From Amoebidium appalachense (Eukaryota > Protista > Ichthyosporea): DNA of 64,000 nt. The notes beneath the pieces were generated by a model, which saw nothing but the letters and a program-made list of their open reading frames with translations, was not told the DNA's origin and did not search any database. A program made the position numbers and the translations under genes. The stretch is taken from the NCBI GenBank assembly GCA_963693365.1, contig CAVNZM010000012.1:5530889-5594888 (forward strand). The letters run 5' to 3'. Shown here in pieces: positions 46,663 through 59,629 of the stretch (positions are counted from its first letter, which is position 1; every line of letters starts with the position of its first letter).

Positions 46663-46848
46663 GGAGGAGGGGAGGGAGGGAGGGGAGGAGGGGGCTCGAT
46701 GTCAAGTTGGTGACACTGTCTGTGGTCACAGCCTGCTGGTGGTGGCTGTGCGTGTGCCCGGACGGGGAGGGCCCTGGGGATGGGGGGGAGGGGCGGGGGG
46801 TAGGGGGGGAAGAGGGGGGAGGGACAGGCATGTGTTTGCGTGGTGGCC

Positions 46849-46909
<61 letters not shown>

Positions 46910-48857
46910 CTCTGTCCCCCCCCCCCCCCATTCCCCCCTCCCCCCCCCCCCCCCCCCCCCCCCCGGCGCTGGGGGAGGGGGGAGGGAGGGGGGGGCCGAG
47001 GGAGTGGCGGAAGGGAGGGAGAGGGGGGAGGGTGTAGAGGTGGGGAGCTATCGACAATATTGGCGGGGGTAGGAGGGTGGGGGGGAGGGGGGGGGGGGGG
47101 GGGGGGGGGGGGCGCAGGGGGGCATTTTGTGCACTCGTACCAATATTTGAATACAAGCCTCGTCGACCCAAAGGGACAAACGTGCATTGATTTGAAAAAA
47201 GCTCTATTTGATGCACGTTTATCCCTTCTAGTGGCTCACCTGATAATTAGTGCGCAACTAATCGTGGTGGTGGGTGTGGTGGTGGTGGCCTGGGGAGGGG
47301 GGGGGGGAGGGGGGAAGGGGATAGAGAGACCTGAGTTTCTTTGTGCATGTACCACAGTGTGTATGGCCATGGAGCTGATGGGTTGTTGATGGAGACAAAG
47401 TATTACGTCGTATGTGCAAGCCACACATCATAGATACTAAGTACATGTGCGGCTGAGGTGAAACAGCAGGCATACTAATCCTGGTAATCCTGGTATTTAC
47501 CATATATGGTGAACAGTGTGTGTTTTACCAATAGGAATAGTTATGTTGAACCAATAGGATCAATCCATCTGATGACCAACCACACTGCTCTAGTGGACCA
47601 ATCGAAATCCCCTGTTCCCATCGGGAGTTGTCTGGTTTCCGCCGAATGTGAATTCTTCCCTGTGGGAAGAGTTCATGCGTGAGATGCAGCTGGCCGGCCT
47701 TAGTTCTGTGAGTCTCTTTGATGGTTGCTACTTCTCACACCACATTGACTCTGCCTGGTCCTAACGTTTTACTTTCTGCCGCTGCTGGTCGTCGACGTCG
47801 CCGCGATTGTCATCCCACGGGCGGGGGCGGGCGGCGAGTGAAGAAGGGGGGGGGGGGGGGGGGGGGGAGGGGGAGGGGGGGGGGGGGGGGGGTCAGATTT
47901 GTGTATATGCTAGTTTATTGACATTTCGTTCAATGCCTATGTATTAAAACTTATGGATTATCAAAGCATTAAACGACACATAATCATAACATCACTTGCC
48001 TATCATGTGTTTTTCTTTATGTGGGGGTGTGTACACGTGACTCTAAATCCAGTAGGCAGCACCTGCCACCGTTATCTTCCCCCCCCCCCCCCCCTCCCCC
48101 CCCCCTGGCCCCCCCCTCCCCCCCCCCCCCCCCCCCCCCCCGCCCACCCACTCCCCCCCCCCCCCTCCCCCCCCTGCCGGGGCCCCCGCCGCCGGCAGCC
48201 CCCCGGGGCCTCTCCTTCAAGTTGTGGCACGGCTTGTGTCACACCTGCATGCGTTCTATTATCATCAATGCACCCATGATCTTATGGATGAGTGGATAGG
48301 GCTAAGGCTTCATACCCTGGCATCTTCCGGGCTTCTCATGATGCCCGCGGCCAATAAAATCCTATTACAAAAAAAAAGCTAATATTAATAGCCACTTCTT
48401 GAACACCTGGTGGCAGGCTGCCCTTGTGACTTGTAGTCCACACCCACCGCTCGGGAAAGATGGGCCACCTGAAGCCAAAAAGCCGCACGTCAGTGCTTCA
48501 AACTTGCAGCCGTTGCCATTTTCTATAACACCTAGTCAGTACGTACATAGTAAGGTGATGGCGGAGACGCGTGTAAATTTGGAATTAGCCTTACAGAGAT
48601 CGCATGATCGATCGATTCCGATCGCCGATCCCAGCTTTGCATGTGCTGTTGCTGTGTTACGTAAGCGTCTGCACAGAGCTGGACCAGAGCAGTACTTAAT
48701 TAATACGTTCGTGTTCGCGTAGTAACTCGTGTGTTGTTTGTCTTAGGTGCCTAGCTTGCAGGCTTCAGTTCGTAGAGTGTGTTGGGTGTAGATTGCAGGG
48801 CCGTGTGTAGTGTAGTTCTGGCTGGTAGCTTGCAGGGCCGCGCGCCAGCCAGCAGCC

Positions 48858-48999
48858 ATGCCCTCCAGCGAAGAGCACCACTCGTCCTCCAGCGGCTCCG
48901 AGCAAGAAGGTAAGGTTAGGGGACACAGCAGTGTGCGCGCGCGTGTGTGTGTGTGTGCGCGCACGTGTGTGTGTGTGTGCGCGCACGTGTGTGTGTGTG

Positions 49000-49097
<98 letters not shown>

Positions 49098-49327
49098 TGT
49101 GTGTGTGCGCGTGTGTGCATGTGGTGCGTGTGCGTGTGTGTGCGTGTGAGTGAGTGTTTGGGTGAGTGTATGTGTGTATGTGTGTGTGAGAGGTGTGTGT
49201 GTGTGTGCGGGCGCGCGCACGTGTGTGTTTGTGGTGTGTTTGTGTGTGTATGTGTGTGTGTGTGTGTGTGCGTGCATGTGCCTCTCCCTCTGTGTGCGTG
49301 CTTGTGTCTTTCTCTCTGTGTGTTTGT

Positions 49328-49367
<40 letters not shown>

Positions 49368-50555
49368 CGCGCGCGTGTCTGTCTGTGTGTGGGCGGAGGA
49401 AGGATTGACTACATGGCAGGGCACGTGAATAGAGACCACATGAATGCATCCGGGTGTGCGCTGGGTGCCCATTGTGGTGTAAAGGGAGCTGGGGAGGCTA
49501 TGGGGGTTGGGTTTGGGGTCAGGCGACTGAGGGAGGGGCACGGGCAGGGAGCCCAGGCAAGCAGAGCAAAGACCGACCAAGGCACAGGGGCAGTGCCACG
49601 CCTGCACAGCCACACAGCAGCTCAGACGACGACAGGTGGGTGCACACAGAGGGGGGGCTGGTGTTGGGTGGGCCGCACACTCACGGGGGGGGGGGGGGGG
49701 GGCAGGTCACCACCACCACGTCGAAGGAGGCGGAGTCGGTCAGGGTCCAGCAAGCACTCGGAAGAAGGGGGAGATAGCCCCGCACGGAGAAAGGACAGCA
49801 CACAGAAGCAAGAGGCAGACAAGGATGGGAAACAGGCAGACACCAGTGAGGCCAAGGGGGGCAGCGGCAGAGACCGGGCAAAGCCCGAGGCCCCTCCCGT
49901 GCGTGTGAAGACGGAGGAGGAGCGGCGGCGTGAGGTGGAGGCCATCAGGAGAATAGAGGCCCGCAGGGGGGCACCGAAGCCCAAGCCGGTGCGTGGCGGG
50001 GCTGCTGGGGTGGGTTGGCTGGTGGCAGGGAGGGGCAGGCTGACAGGGTGGTTGCAGAGTGCCGAGGAGCTATTGCTGTCCAAGGCAGGAGGGGCTTACA
50101 TCCCACCGGCAAAGCTAAGGGCTCTGCAGGTACATAGCTCACGGCCCTAGGGGAGGGGAGGGGGGGGTGGTTGGCTGGGCCGGGTGCTGACACATGGGGG
50201 CTGAAGGCACAGATCACAGACAAGAGCAGTGCGGCGTACCAGCGCATGGCCTGGGATGCCCTCAAGAAGAGCATCAACGGTCTCATCAACAAGGTGGGGT
50301 GGGCATATACGGCCTGCATGGGGGGGGGGGGGGGGGGGGGGGGGGGGATGGTCAGGGCCTGACTGTGGAGCACAGATGAACGTCAGCAACATCAAGAACC
50401 TTGTGCCGGAGCTGTTCTCTGAGAATCTGGTGCGGGGCAGAGGCCTGTTTGCTCGGTCAGTCATCCAGGCACAGGTGGGTTGGGCCCCCTGCTGGTGCGG
50501 TGGTTGCATGACGGGCTGGGAGGTAGCGTAGTGCACACTGGCAGCCAAAGTGGCC

Positions 50556-50594
<39 letters not shown>

Positions 50595-53500
50595 CCCCCC
50601 CCCCCCCCTCCGGTGCGTGCTGACAAATTGGGTGCAGTCGGCCTCCCCCACTTTCACACCCGTCTATGCAGCCCTGGTGGCCATCATCAATACAAAGGTG
50701 AGGGGTGTGTGTGTGCCAAAGTGGGGGTGCACAGCGACGGGGTGAAAGGGGGATGGTGTCAAAGATCGATGGTTGTTGCTGATACGTGGGGGCGTTTGGC
50801 TTGTGTAGATGTGAGGGTGTGTGCTTGTGTAGATGTGAGGGTGTGTGCTTGTGTAGATGTGAGGGTGTGTGCTTGTGTAGATGTGAGGGTGTGTGCTTGT
50901 GTAGATGTGAGGGTGTGTGCTTGTGTAGATGTGAGGGTGTGTGCTTGTGTAGATGTGAGGGTGTGTGCTTGTGTAGATGTGAGGGTGTGTGCTTGTGTAG
51001 ATGTGAGGGTGTGTGCTTGTGTAGATGTGAGGGTGTGTGCTTGTGTAGATGTGAGGGTGTGTGCTTGTGTAGATGTGAGGGTGTGTGCTTGTGTAGATGT
51101 GAGGGTGTGTGCTTGTGTAGATGTGAGGGTGTGTGCTTGTGTAGATGTGAGGGTGTGTGCTTGTGTAGATGTGAGGGTGTGTGCTTGTGTAGATGTGAGG
51201 GTGTGTGCTTGTGTAGATGTGAGGGTGTGTGCTTGTGTAGATGTGAGGGTGTGTGCTTGTGTAGATGTGAGGGTGTGTGCTTGTGTAGATGTGAGGGTGT
51301 GTGCTTGTGTAGATGTGAGGGTGTGTGCTTGTGTAGATGTGAGGGTGCGTGCTTGTGTAGATGTGAGGGTGCGTGCTTGTGTAGATGTGAGGGTGCGTGC
51401 TTGTGTAGATGTGAGGGTGCGTGCTTGTGTAGATGTGAGGGTGCGTGCTTGTGTAGATGTGAGGGTGCGTGCTTGTGTAGATGTGAGGGTGCGTGCTTGT
51501 GTAGATGTGAGGGTGTGTGCTTGTGTAGATGTGAGGGTGTGTGCTTGTGTAGATGTGAGGGTGTGTGCTTGTGTAGATGTGAGGGTGTGTGCTTGTGTAG
51601 ATGTGAGGGTGTGTGCTTGTGTAGATGTGAGGGTGTGTGCTTGTGTAGATGTGAGGGTGTGTGCTTGTGTAGGTTGGCGTGGGTGTGTGCTTGTGTAGGT
51701 TGGCGTGGGTGTGTGCTTGTGTAGGTTGGCGTGGGTGTGTGCTTGTGTAGGTTGGCGTGGGTGTGTGCTTGTGTAGATGTGAGGGTGTGTGCTTGTGTAG
51801 ATGTGAGGGTGTGTGCTTGTGTAGATGTGAGGGTGTGTGCTTGTGTAGATGTGAGGGTGTGTGCTTGTGTAGATGTGAGGGTGTGTGCTTGTGTAGATGT
51901 GAGGGTGTGTGCTTGTGTAGATGTGAGGGTGTGTGCTTGTGTAGATGTGAGGGTGTGTGCTTGTGTAGATGTGAGGGTGTGTGCTTGTGTAGATGTGAGG
52001 GTGTGTGCTTGTGTAGATGTGAGGGTGTGTGCTTGTGTAGATGTGAGGGTGTGTGCTTGTGTAGATGTGAGGGTGTGTGCTTGTGTAGATGTGAGGGTGT
52101 GTGCTTGTGTAGATGTGAGGGTGTGTGCTTGTGTAGATGTGAGGGTGTGTGCTTGTGTAGATGTGAGGGTGTGTGCTTGTGTAGATGTGAGGGTGTGTGC
52201 TTGTGTAGATGTGAGGGTGTGTGCTTGTGTAGATTGGCGTGGGTTGCGTCGCCAGTTGGCGGTGGTTTCAAAAGGGGGGAAAGGTGGGGTGGGTGGGGCA
52301 TGGGGCGGGGGGGGGAGGGGGGGAGAAGGGAGGGGGGCATAAAAAGGAGGGGAGGGATATAGATGTATTGTTGGTGGTGCTGTGTGATTTGTTGGCTGTG
52401 TATGCATGTCCTTTGTTGGGAGAAAGGAAGGGGCTCGCCATAGGGGTGTGAGACTGGCAGCAACAGTGGGTGTCGGGGGGTTCTATGTGGGTGTGCTTTG
52501 ACGTTGGTGGTTATGCAGCATGTGTGTCTGTGCGTCTAATTGTTGTTTGTGGTGTGTATGCTTGTGTGATGTGTGCATGGTGTGTATGCTTGTGTGATGT
52601 GTGTGTGGTGTGTTTCTTTGTTTTCTGTGTATGTTTGTGTGATGGTGTGAATGTGCATGTGGTGTGGTTTTGTGTGTGGTGAATGTTTGTTTGGAGCATG
52701 TGGCGTGCATATGTGTGTGTGGTGAATGTTTGTTTGAAGCATGTGGCGTGCATATGTGTGTGTGGTGAATGTTTGTTTGGAGCATGTGGCGTGCATATGT
52801 GTGTGTGGTGAATGTTTGTTTGGAGCATGTGGCGTGCATATGTGTGTGTGGTGAATGTTTGTTTGGAGCATGTGGCGTGCATATGTGTGTGTGGTGAATG
52901 TTTGTTTGGAGCATGTGGCGTGCATATGTGTGTGTGGTGAATGTTTGTTTGGAGCATGTGGCGTGCATATGTGTGTGTGGTGAATGTTTGTTTGGAGCAT
53001 GTGGCGTGCATATGTGTGTGTGGTGTGTGTGTGGTATTTGTGGTTGTGGTGGGTGGCTATGTGCTTGTGCACGTAAGGGGAGAGGGAATGCTCTGTGTGC
53101 AGCTACTGACTGCAGGGCAGCTACCGGAGAATGGGGAGCTGATTCTCAAGCGGCTGATCCTGAACTTCAGGCGGGCATACAAGACCAGAAACAAGGTGGG
53201 TGCCGTGCCATTGAGGGCCATGTGATGTTCTTCTTTGCTGTTGCTGACGCACCATGCAGGCGCAGTGCCTGGCCAGCAGCACGTTCATAGCGCACCTGGT
53301 CAACCAGCAGGTGGCCCACGAGGTGCTGGCCCTGCAGATCCTGACCCTGCTGCTGGAGACCCCCACAGACGACAGTGTGGAGGTGGCCGTGGGCTTCCTC
53401 AAGGAGGTCGGCATGTTCCTGGCTGAGGTCTCCCCTCAGGCCCGGGCACTCAACGGTAACCATCCCTCCCACCCCACCCACCCACCCACCCCTCTCCACC

Positions 53501-54117
53501 TCCTCCCTCCCCCCGTCTCTTCTGTCTCTTCTAAAATATTCTCGTGCCCTAAATGGTCCGCGCTCCCCCCCTTCTGTTGCCTGTGTGCACGGCCATGCTG
53601 ACGTTTATTTGCAGCGATATTTGAGCGTCTGCGTGGGATTCTGCACGAGGGGCAGATCGACAAGCGAGTGCAGTACATGGTCGAGGTCATGTTTGCAATC
53701 CGGAAGGACAAGTTCAAGGTGCGTGCTGGGGGCGAGGGGGGGGGGGGGGGGGGGGGGGGGGGATAAGGGGCGATGTGTGGCTGACATGTACACAGGAGCA
53801 TCCGATGGTGCCTGAGGGCCTTGACCTTGTGGAGGAGGACGACCAGGTCACACACTTCCTGTCCCTGGACGAGGAGGGGCTGGATGCACAGAGCGGCCTG
53901 GGTGGGTGTGGGTGGGTGGGTGGGTGGGTGGGTGTGTGTGGGTGGGGGGATGGGTGGTGGATGGGTGGGTGTGTCGGTGTGTGTGTGTGTGTGTGTGTGG
54001 ATGTGTGGGTGGGTGGGTGGGTGGTGGATGGGTGGGTGGGTAGGTGTGGGGTGTGTGTGTGTGTGTGGTGGTGGTGGCGCTGGTGGTGGGGAGGGGGGGG
54101 GAAGGAGGAGGAGGAGG

Positions 54118-54148
<31 letters not shown>

Positions 54149-54560
54149 TGCTGATGTAGTGTGCAGACATCTTTAAGTTCGACCCCGACTACGAGGAGAG
54201 CGAGGCCAAGTATAGGGAGATCAAGGCCGGCATCCTGGGGGAGTCCTCGGATGAGGAGGACAGGTGGGGCCTGGGGCGGGGGGGATATAGGTAGTGGGTG
54301 ATGGGCATGGCTGACGGGGGGGGCGGGGGGAGCAGTGGGGAGGAGGGCAGCGGAGAGGAGGGGTCAAGCTCGGATGACGAGGAGGAGGAGGGGGGGGCGG
54401 GGGGTGCAGGGCAGGGGGGGCAGGTAGACATGACACAGACAGACCTGGTGACACTGAGGCGCACCATCTACCTGACCATCATGAGCTCCCTAGACTTCGA
54501 GGAGGTGGCCCACAAGCTGCTGAAGAATGTGCTAAAACCGGGCATGGAGGTGGGTCAATA

Positions 54561-54632
<72 letters not shown>

Positions 54633-56176
54633 CCCGTGCTAACGTGTGCCTGCAGGAGGAGCTCTGCAACATGATAGTGGAGTGCTGCAGCATGGAGCGC
54701 TCGTACCTCAAGTTCTACGGCCTCATGGCTCAGGTATGGCCCCTGAACTCAGGTAGTGACGGGGGAGCTTCTCAGAAGCCCTCTTACCTGAGTTGCTGTC
54801 TATGTTTTTCTTGCCCCCTCTCTCGATTTCCTACCTATGTTTTTCTTGCACCCTCTCCCGAGTTCCTACCTATGTTTTTCTTGCTCCCTCCCCGAGTTCC
54901 TACCTACGTTTTTCTTGCCCCCTCTCCCGAGTTCCTACCTATGTTTTTCTTGCCCCCTCTCCCGAGTTCCTACCTATGTTTTTCTTGCACCCTCTCCCGA
55001 GTTCCTATCTATGTTTTTCTTGCTCCGTCTCCTGGGTTCCTATGTATATTTTTCTTGCTTCTGCCTGCTGCTTTAACTCTAACCCCCAGCCTTTGCCACT
55101 GCCCTTGCCTGTTGCGTGCTCGTATAAGTAACCCTGCTCGTCTCTGATCACGACGGGGGGTGGCCTATTCATGTTTAACTGAAAGAGTATCTGAGTTCGG
55201 ATTCGTCGGCGAAGTGAATGATTCGAATCTCGGGTACTGTGCATGACTTGGGCCCCCCAGGAGGCTATGGTCTTGTTATGATGATGTATACTCATGTGTG
55301 GTTTGCACTCCGCATAATGTTGTGCGTAACGACTGTGTGCTTAATACCCCTCCCCCCTCCCTCTCTCCCCCCTTCCCCCCCCCCCCCCCCCTTGTCTTTG
55401 AGGATGGGCTCTGGTTATTTTGATGTATACTCATCTGGTTTGCACTTTGCATTGTGTTTTCCGTTGCCAACGTCTACGTGTTACTTTATGACACATGACC
55501 CCCCCCTTCCCTGCCCCCTTCCCCCTTGTGTATGGGCCGGACTGACGGGTGGGGCCAGCGGTTCTGCGAGTACGGGCGGGAGTACCAGCAGACTTTCGAG
55601 CAGGTGTTTGTGTTCCAGGTAGGCCATGACCCCCCCCTTGGCTGTGTGGGCACATGCTGGTGCTGACGTGCAGGGCAGTACAACAACATCCACCGGCTGG
55701 AGACCAACAAGCTGCGCAACGTGGGCAAGCTGTTTGCGCACCTGCTGTACACGGATGCGCTGGCCTGGACGGTGCTCGAGTGTGTGCGGCTGAACGAGGA
55801 CGACACGACCAGCAGCAGCCGCATCTTCATCAAGGTGCTGTTCCAGGAGCTGGCCGAGTACATGGGCCTGCCGGCCCTCAGTGCGCGCCTGGCCGACGCC
55901 TACCTGGCGCCCTACTTCCAGCACCTGCTGCCCAAGGACCACCCACGCAAGACCCGCTTTGCAATCAACTTCTTCACCTCCATCGGCCTGGGTGGCCTCA
56001 CGTGCGTTACTCCCTCTCCCTCACCCCCGTGCTAACCCGCCTCCCCGTGCTGACCAGGCGCTTGCTGCAGGGACGGGCTACGTGAGCACCTCAAGCTGGC
56101 GCCCAAGCTGATTATGGCCCAGCAACGGGCAGACCACGAGTCAAGCGACACGGATAGCAGCAGCGAGTCGGACTCA

Positions 56177-56260
<84 letters not shown>

Positions 56261-56340
56261 GTGTGCGTGCGTGTGTGTGCGTGCGTGTGTGTGTGTGTGT
56301 AGGGAGGCAGGGAGAGGGGGGCACGTGCTTACGTAAGGGG

Positions 56341-56373
<33 letters not shown>

Positions 56374-57538
56374 CATCAAGTTCCAGCGACAGCAGGTGGG
56401 TGCATGCACGTGGTCCATGTGGTGTAGGCTGTGTGCATGCCGTGCAGGTTTCTAATATGTATCCACGACCCCGCGTCACCTCAGTTTTCGCTAATATTTC
56501 GGCAACCGCTCATCGGAACCCCCTCAACCCAGGCACCAAAATCGCTTAGTTAAGCTCTATCCAACGGTGCCAATTGTTTGTTAAAAGCATTTAAATAGCC
56601 TACACTTTACTATGAGAAAATGGGTTTTTACTATAGGCTGCGGCGACTTTAAAGCTCATGTACATCGGTCTGCGGGATTGCCGGCTGATGAGCTGCTGAT
56701 AAACGGTGCTCTGATATCTAATCATAGCTCTGTATTTTATTACCGCGACTCAGTTTGGGGTCAGGAAAATTGACGTCAACTTCAAATCTCCAAACGTTCG
56801 CGCCGCGGTACCGCTCCCATTTTGACGGCGTCAAATGCCACATTTTTGCTCCAAAATGGTTGCGAAGACTACTTTTTATAGTAATTAATACCCCTATAAC
56901 ATGTTTTCTTCTAAATGATAATTCATGTAAAATCAGGCACGCGAAGAAGTGTGGAAAACTCTCGATTTGCTCTATGGTATTATGCTGCCTTTTACACGAT
57001 AATCTATTTTGGGGAACCAAATGTAGTCGACCGATTGGTTCAGACATCTGGCACCATAGATTGAATGACCACCGGCTCGCGATTGGCCAGTTAATTTCTG
57101 CCGGCACCGGCGCCGGCGACTCCGCTAATATTGAAAAACACGGGTGTACTATATGAAGTATACTTAAAAATGATGCTAATACCATGAAAATGAATATGAA
57201 GCTAAAACAGAATCATTTCAACATTGACAAAATTTTCAGGCTGATTGGAAGTGCCGAAAGGGAAATATTAGCAAAAAACTGAGGTGACTCTGGGTCGTGG
57301 ATACATGTAGTGTGTGCATGCCATGCAGGTGTCAAACACGTGTCTGGTGTGTGCATGCCATGCAGGTCTGTGCATGCACTGCTGGCCCTGTGCTAACTTG
57401 TGTGCTGCAATCAGTGATAGTGACGACGGGGCCAAGAAGCGGCGGCGAGGCAGCAAGAAGGGCAAGGCCAGGGGGAGTGCCAGCCCGGACACCAAGCCAA
57501 AGGCAAAGCGCTCACGCAGAGACCGCAGCCCCTCGTAG
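48858..57538 (+). CDS. CWC22: Pre-mRNA splicing factor CWC22 (MIF4G + MA3)
   Basis: Motifs in order: [149 protein letters not shown] and an RS-like tail. Confidence 0.97.
50799..52233. repeat. 24-bp minisatellite, about 60 units, in a CWC22 intron
   Basis: The unit is gtgtagatgtgagggtgtgtgctt. A gtgcgt variant block lies at ~51345-51495 and a 25-bp variant block at ~51660-51770. Confidence 0.97.
52675..53025. repeat. 43-bp minisatellite x8, same CWC22 intron
   Basis: Repeat unit gtggtgaatgtttgtttggagcatgtggcgtgcatatgtgtgt. Confidence 0.92.
54798..55060. repeat. ~35-bp minisatellite x7 in a CWC22 intron
   Basis: Repeat unit cctacctatgtttttcttgccccctctcccgagtt. Confidence 0.9.
55123..55280 (+). 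repeat. ~160-nt fold-back dispersed element, copy B (CWC22 intron); a second 3'-end fragment at ~55397-55435
   Basis: tataagtaaccctgctcgtctctgatca..tctgagtt..tcgaatctc..atgacttgggccc..ttatg is colinear with the reverse complement of 14861-15021. Confidence 0.7.
56462..57301. mobile_element. 840-bp non-autonomous DNA transposon, ~40-bp TIRs, TA TSD (Tc1/mariner-like insertion), in last CWC22 intron
   Basis: ta|tccacgaccccgcgtcacctcagttttcgctaatatttc ... gaaatattagcaaaaaactgaggtgactctgggtcgtgga|ta. The interior is AT-rich with no recognisable transposase. Confidence 0.88.
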
Positions 57539-57964
57539 ATGCAGTAGAGTGGCATATGTGATATAACATGTCTCAACACAACACTCACACGTCACACCAG
57601 GCCACATGACACCAGGCCACATGTGCATATCACTGGCTGGCCCAGGCAGTATATATATCACACTATGGGGGGATGGATACGTATGTGCATGCACATGACT
57701 GGCAGGCCCAGCAGCATGTGTCACGCGGGTAGGGTGGGGTGGGGTACTGGTGGGGGTGGGGGCAGAGCAATGCATGCATGTATTTGACAGCATGCAGCCA
57801 GGGGGTCGAAAAATATATGTTCTGCAGGCAGGCCCCTGCAGCATGGATATATGCTCGTGGCCATGCACAGGCATGCACCACGAGTCCTTTAATGACACTC
57901 AAGCTATGCACAAGTTCTTTAACAACATTAAAGCTGGGCAGTGTGATCTTTAAGCACGTTAAAG

Positions 57965-59250
57965 CTAGTCCGCATCACTCTCTATGTCGCTCTCGTCCTC
58001 ACTGGCCTCCACGGCCTCCTCCTGCTGCATCTCATCGTCACTCTCGCTCTCACTGGGCTCATGCTGCACAACCTTGGGGGGGGTATGGGCCGTGAACTGC
58101 AATGGCTGCCTCGTGTCGCAGGCAAAGTAGTTGTCGCTGATGATGAACAGGAAGTAGCGGTACTGCCCTGGCTTGTCCACAGGCGGCAGGTACAGCTCGA
58201 TCTGCACACAGCCAAGCATGCATCAGCACACATACCCTCCAATGCCCCATACATACACGGCACACACACACGGTGCCACACACCAGACCGACGCATACAC
58301 GGCACAGACACACGGGATCACACCCCAGACCCCCCCACAGACCCATCCACCCCCCTACCTCCTTGTCCGTTACCAGGTCGTCTATGCGCTTGGGCTCTGT
58401 CAGCAGGTTGCCCGTCGTGGCCTCCGGCTGGTCCCCAATGAATATCCACCAGGCCTCCTCCCGATCCTGCAAAGTGCCGTCAGCACCCAGGCAAGACCAG
58501 TGCACAGCACCCAGGCAAGACCAGTGCCCAGCACCCAGGCAAGACCAGTGCCCAGCACGCAGATAACACCAGTGCCCAGCACCCAGGCAAGACCAGTGCC
58601 CAGCACCCAGGCAAGACCAGTGCACAGCATCCAGGCAAGACCAGTGCACAGCACCCAGGCAAGACCAGTGCCCAGCACCCAGGCAAGACCAGTGCCCAGC
58701 ATCCAGGCAAGACCAGTGCACAGCACGCAGAAAAAACCAGTGCCCAGCATGCAGGCAGGCAGCCAGACGTACCTCAGGCCAGTATGGGCAGTAGACTGGG
58801 AAGCTGTGGCCCTTCTCGTGGAAGACCTTTTCCTTCTTAGTCAATGACGGGTCCCAGTCAACATCCACATCGCCCTTACTGAGTGGTGTGTCTGCGGCTG
58901 CACGTTAGAGCCCACACACAGACAGTGAACAGTGCATGCATCACACCCATATGTGGCCATGAAAGACAGCTAAACACACTGGACAACAGACCAGAGCAGC
59001 TAAACCTGATGCGGGTCACTTACTGGTGGTGCTTTGATGTGTTTAATCGGTTTTTTTGTTGTGTTCGTGTGTGCGGGTGCGGGTGCGGGTGCGTGTGCGG
59101 GTGCGTGTGCGGTCTGTGTGTGTGTGTTTGTATGTGTGCGCATGCGCGTGTCCACGTATAGTCTGTGTGTATGTGTGTGTGCGGTCTGTCTCTCTCTCTC
59201 TCTTTGTGTGTGTGCATGCGGGCGGGCGTGTGTGTGTGTGCATGTATGTG

Positions 59251-59294
<44 letters not shown>

Positions 59295-59352
59295 TGCGCG
59301 CATGTGTGTGCGTGTCGTCTATGTCTGCCTGTCTGTCTGTGTTGTGTGTGTG

Positions 59353-59387
<35 letters not shown>

Positions 59388-59597
59388 GAGGGGAGGGGTG
59401 TGTGAGGGGAGGGGTGTGTGATGGGTGGTGGCAATGCATGTGTTTTGACGGGGGGCGGGGGGGGGGGGGGGGGGGGGGGGGGGGGTAGGTGGTGTAATGG
59501 TGTGGGTATTGTGCCCGCCTACGAGTGTGTGTGTTTAGTTTGGCCCCACTTTGGGGGGGGGGGGGGGGGGGGGGGGGGTGGCGGTGTGTGTGTTTGT

Positions 59598-59629
<32 letters not shown>

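Noticed and set aside
47120-47270. Peptide FVHSYQYLNTSL faintly resembling a protein-primed PolB motif
   Set aside because: It is a single weak motif lacking the conserved Asp, with no other PolB motifs nearby.
53407-53439. Apparent 33-nt GT-AG intron / 2-aa insertion (SPQAR) in CWC22
   Set aside because: The segment encodes conserved [12 protein letters not shown], so it is best read as exon with a small insertion.
56718-57185. 155-aa and 133-aa ORFs inside the 840-bp transposon
   Set aside because: No DDE, HTH or RuvC motifs were recognised, and the overlapping antiparallel ORFs are likely chance.
59020-59115. Exon-like segment ending in a perfect GTAAGT donor in a SEC63 intron
   Set aside because: The flanking exons already join in phase 1, and the phase-compatible frame of this segment contains a stop.
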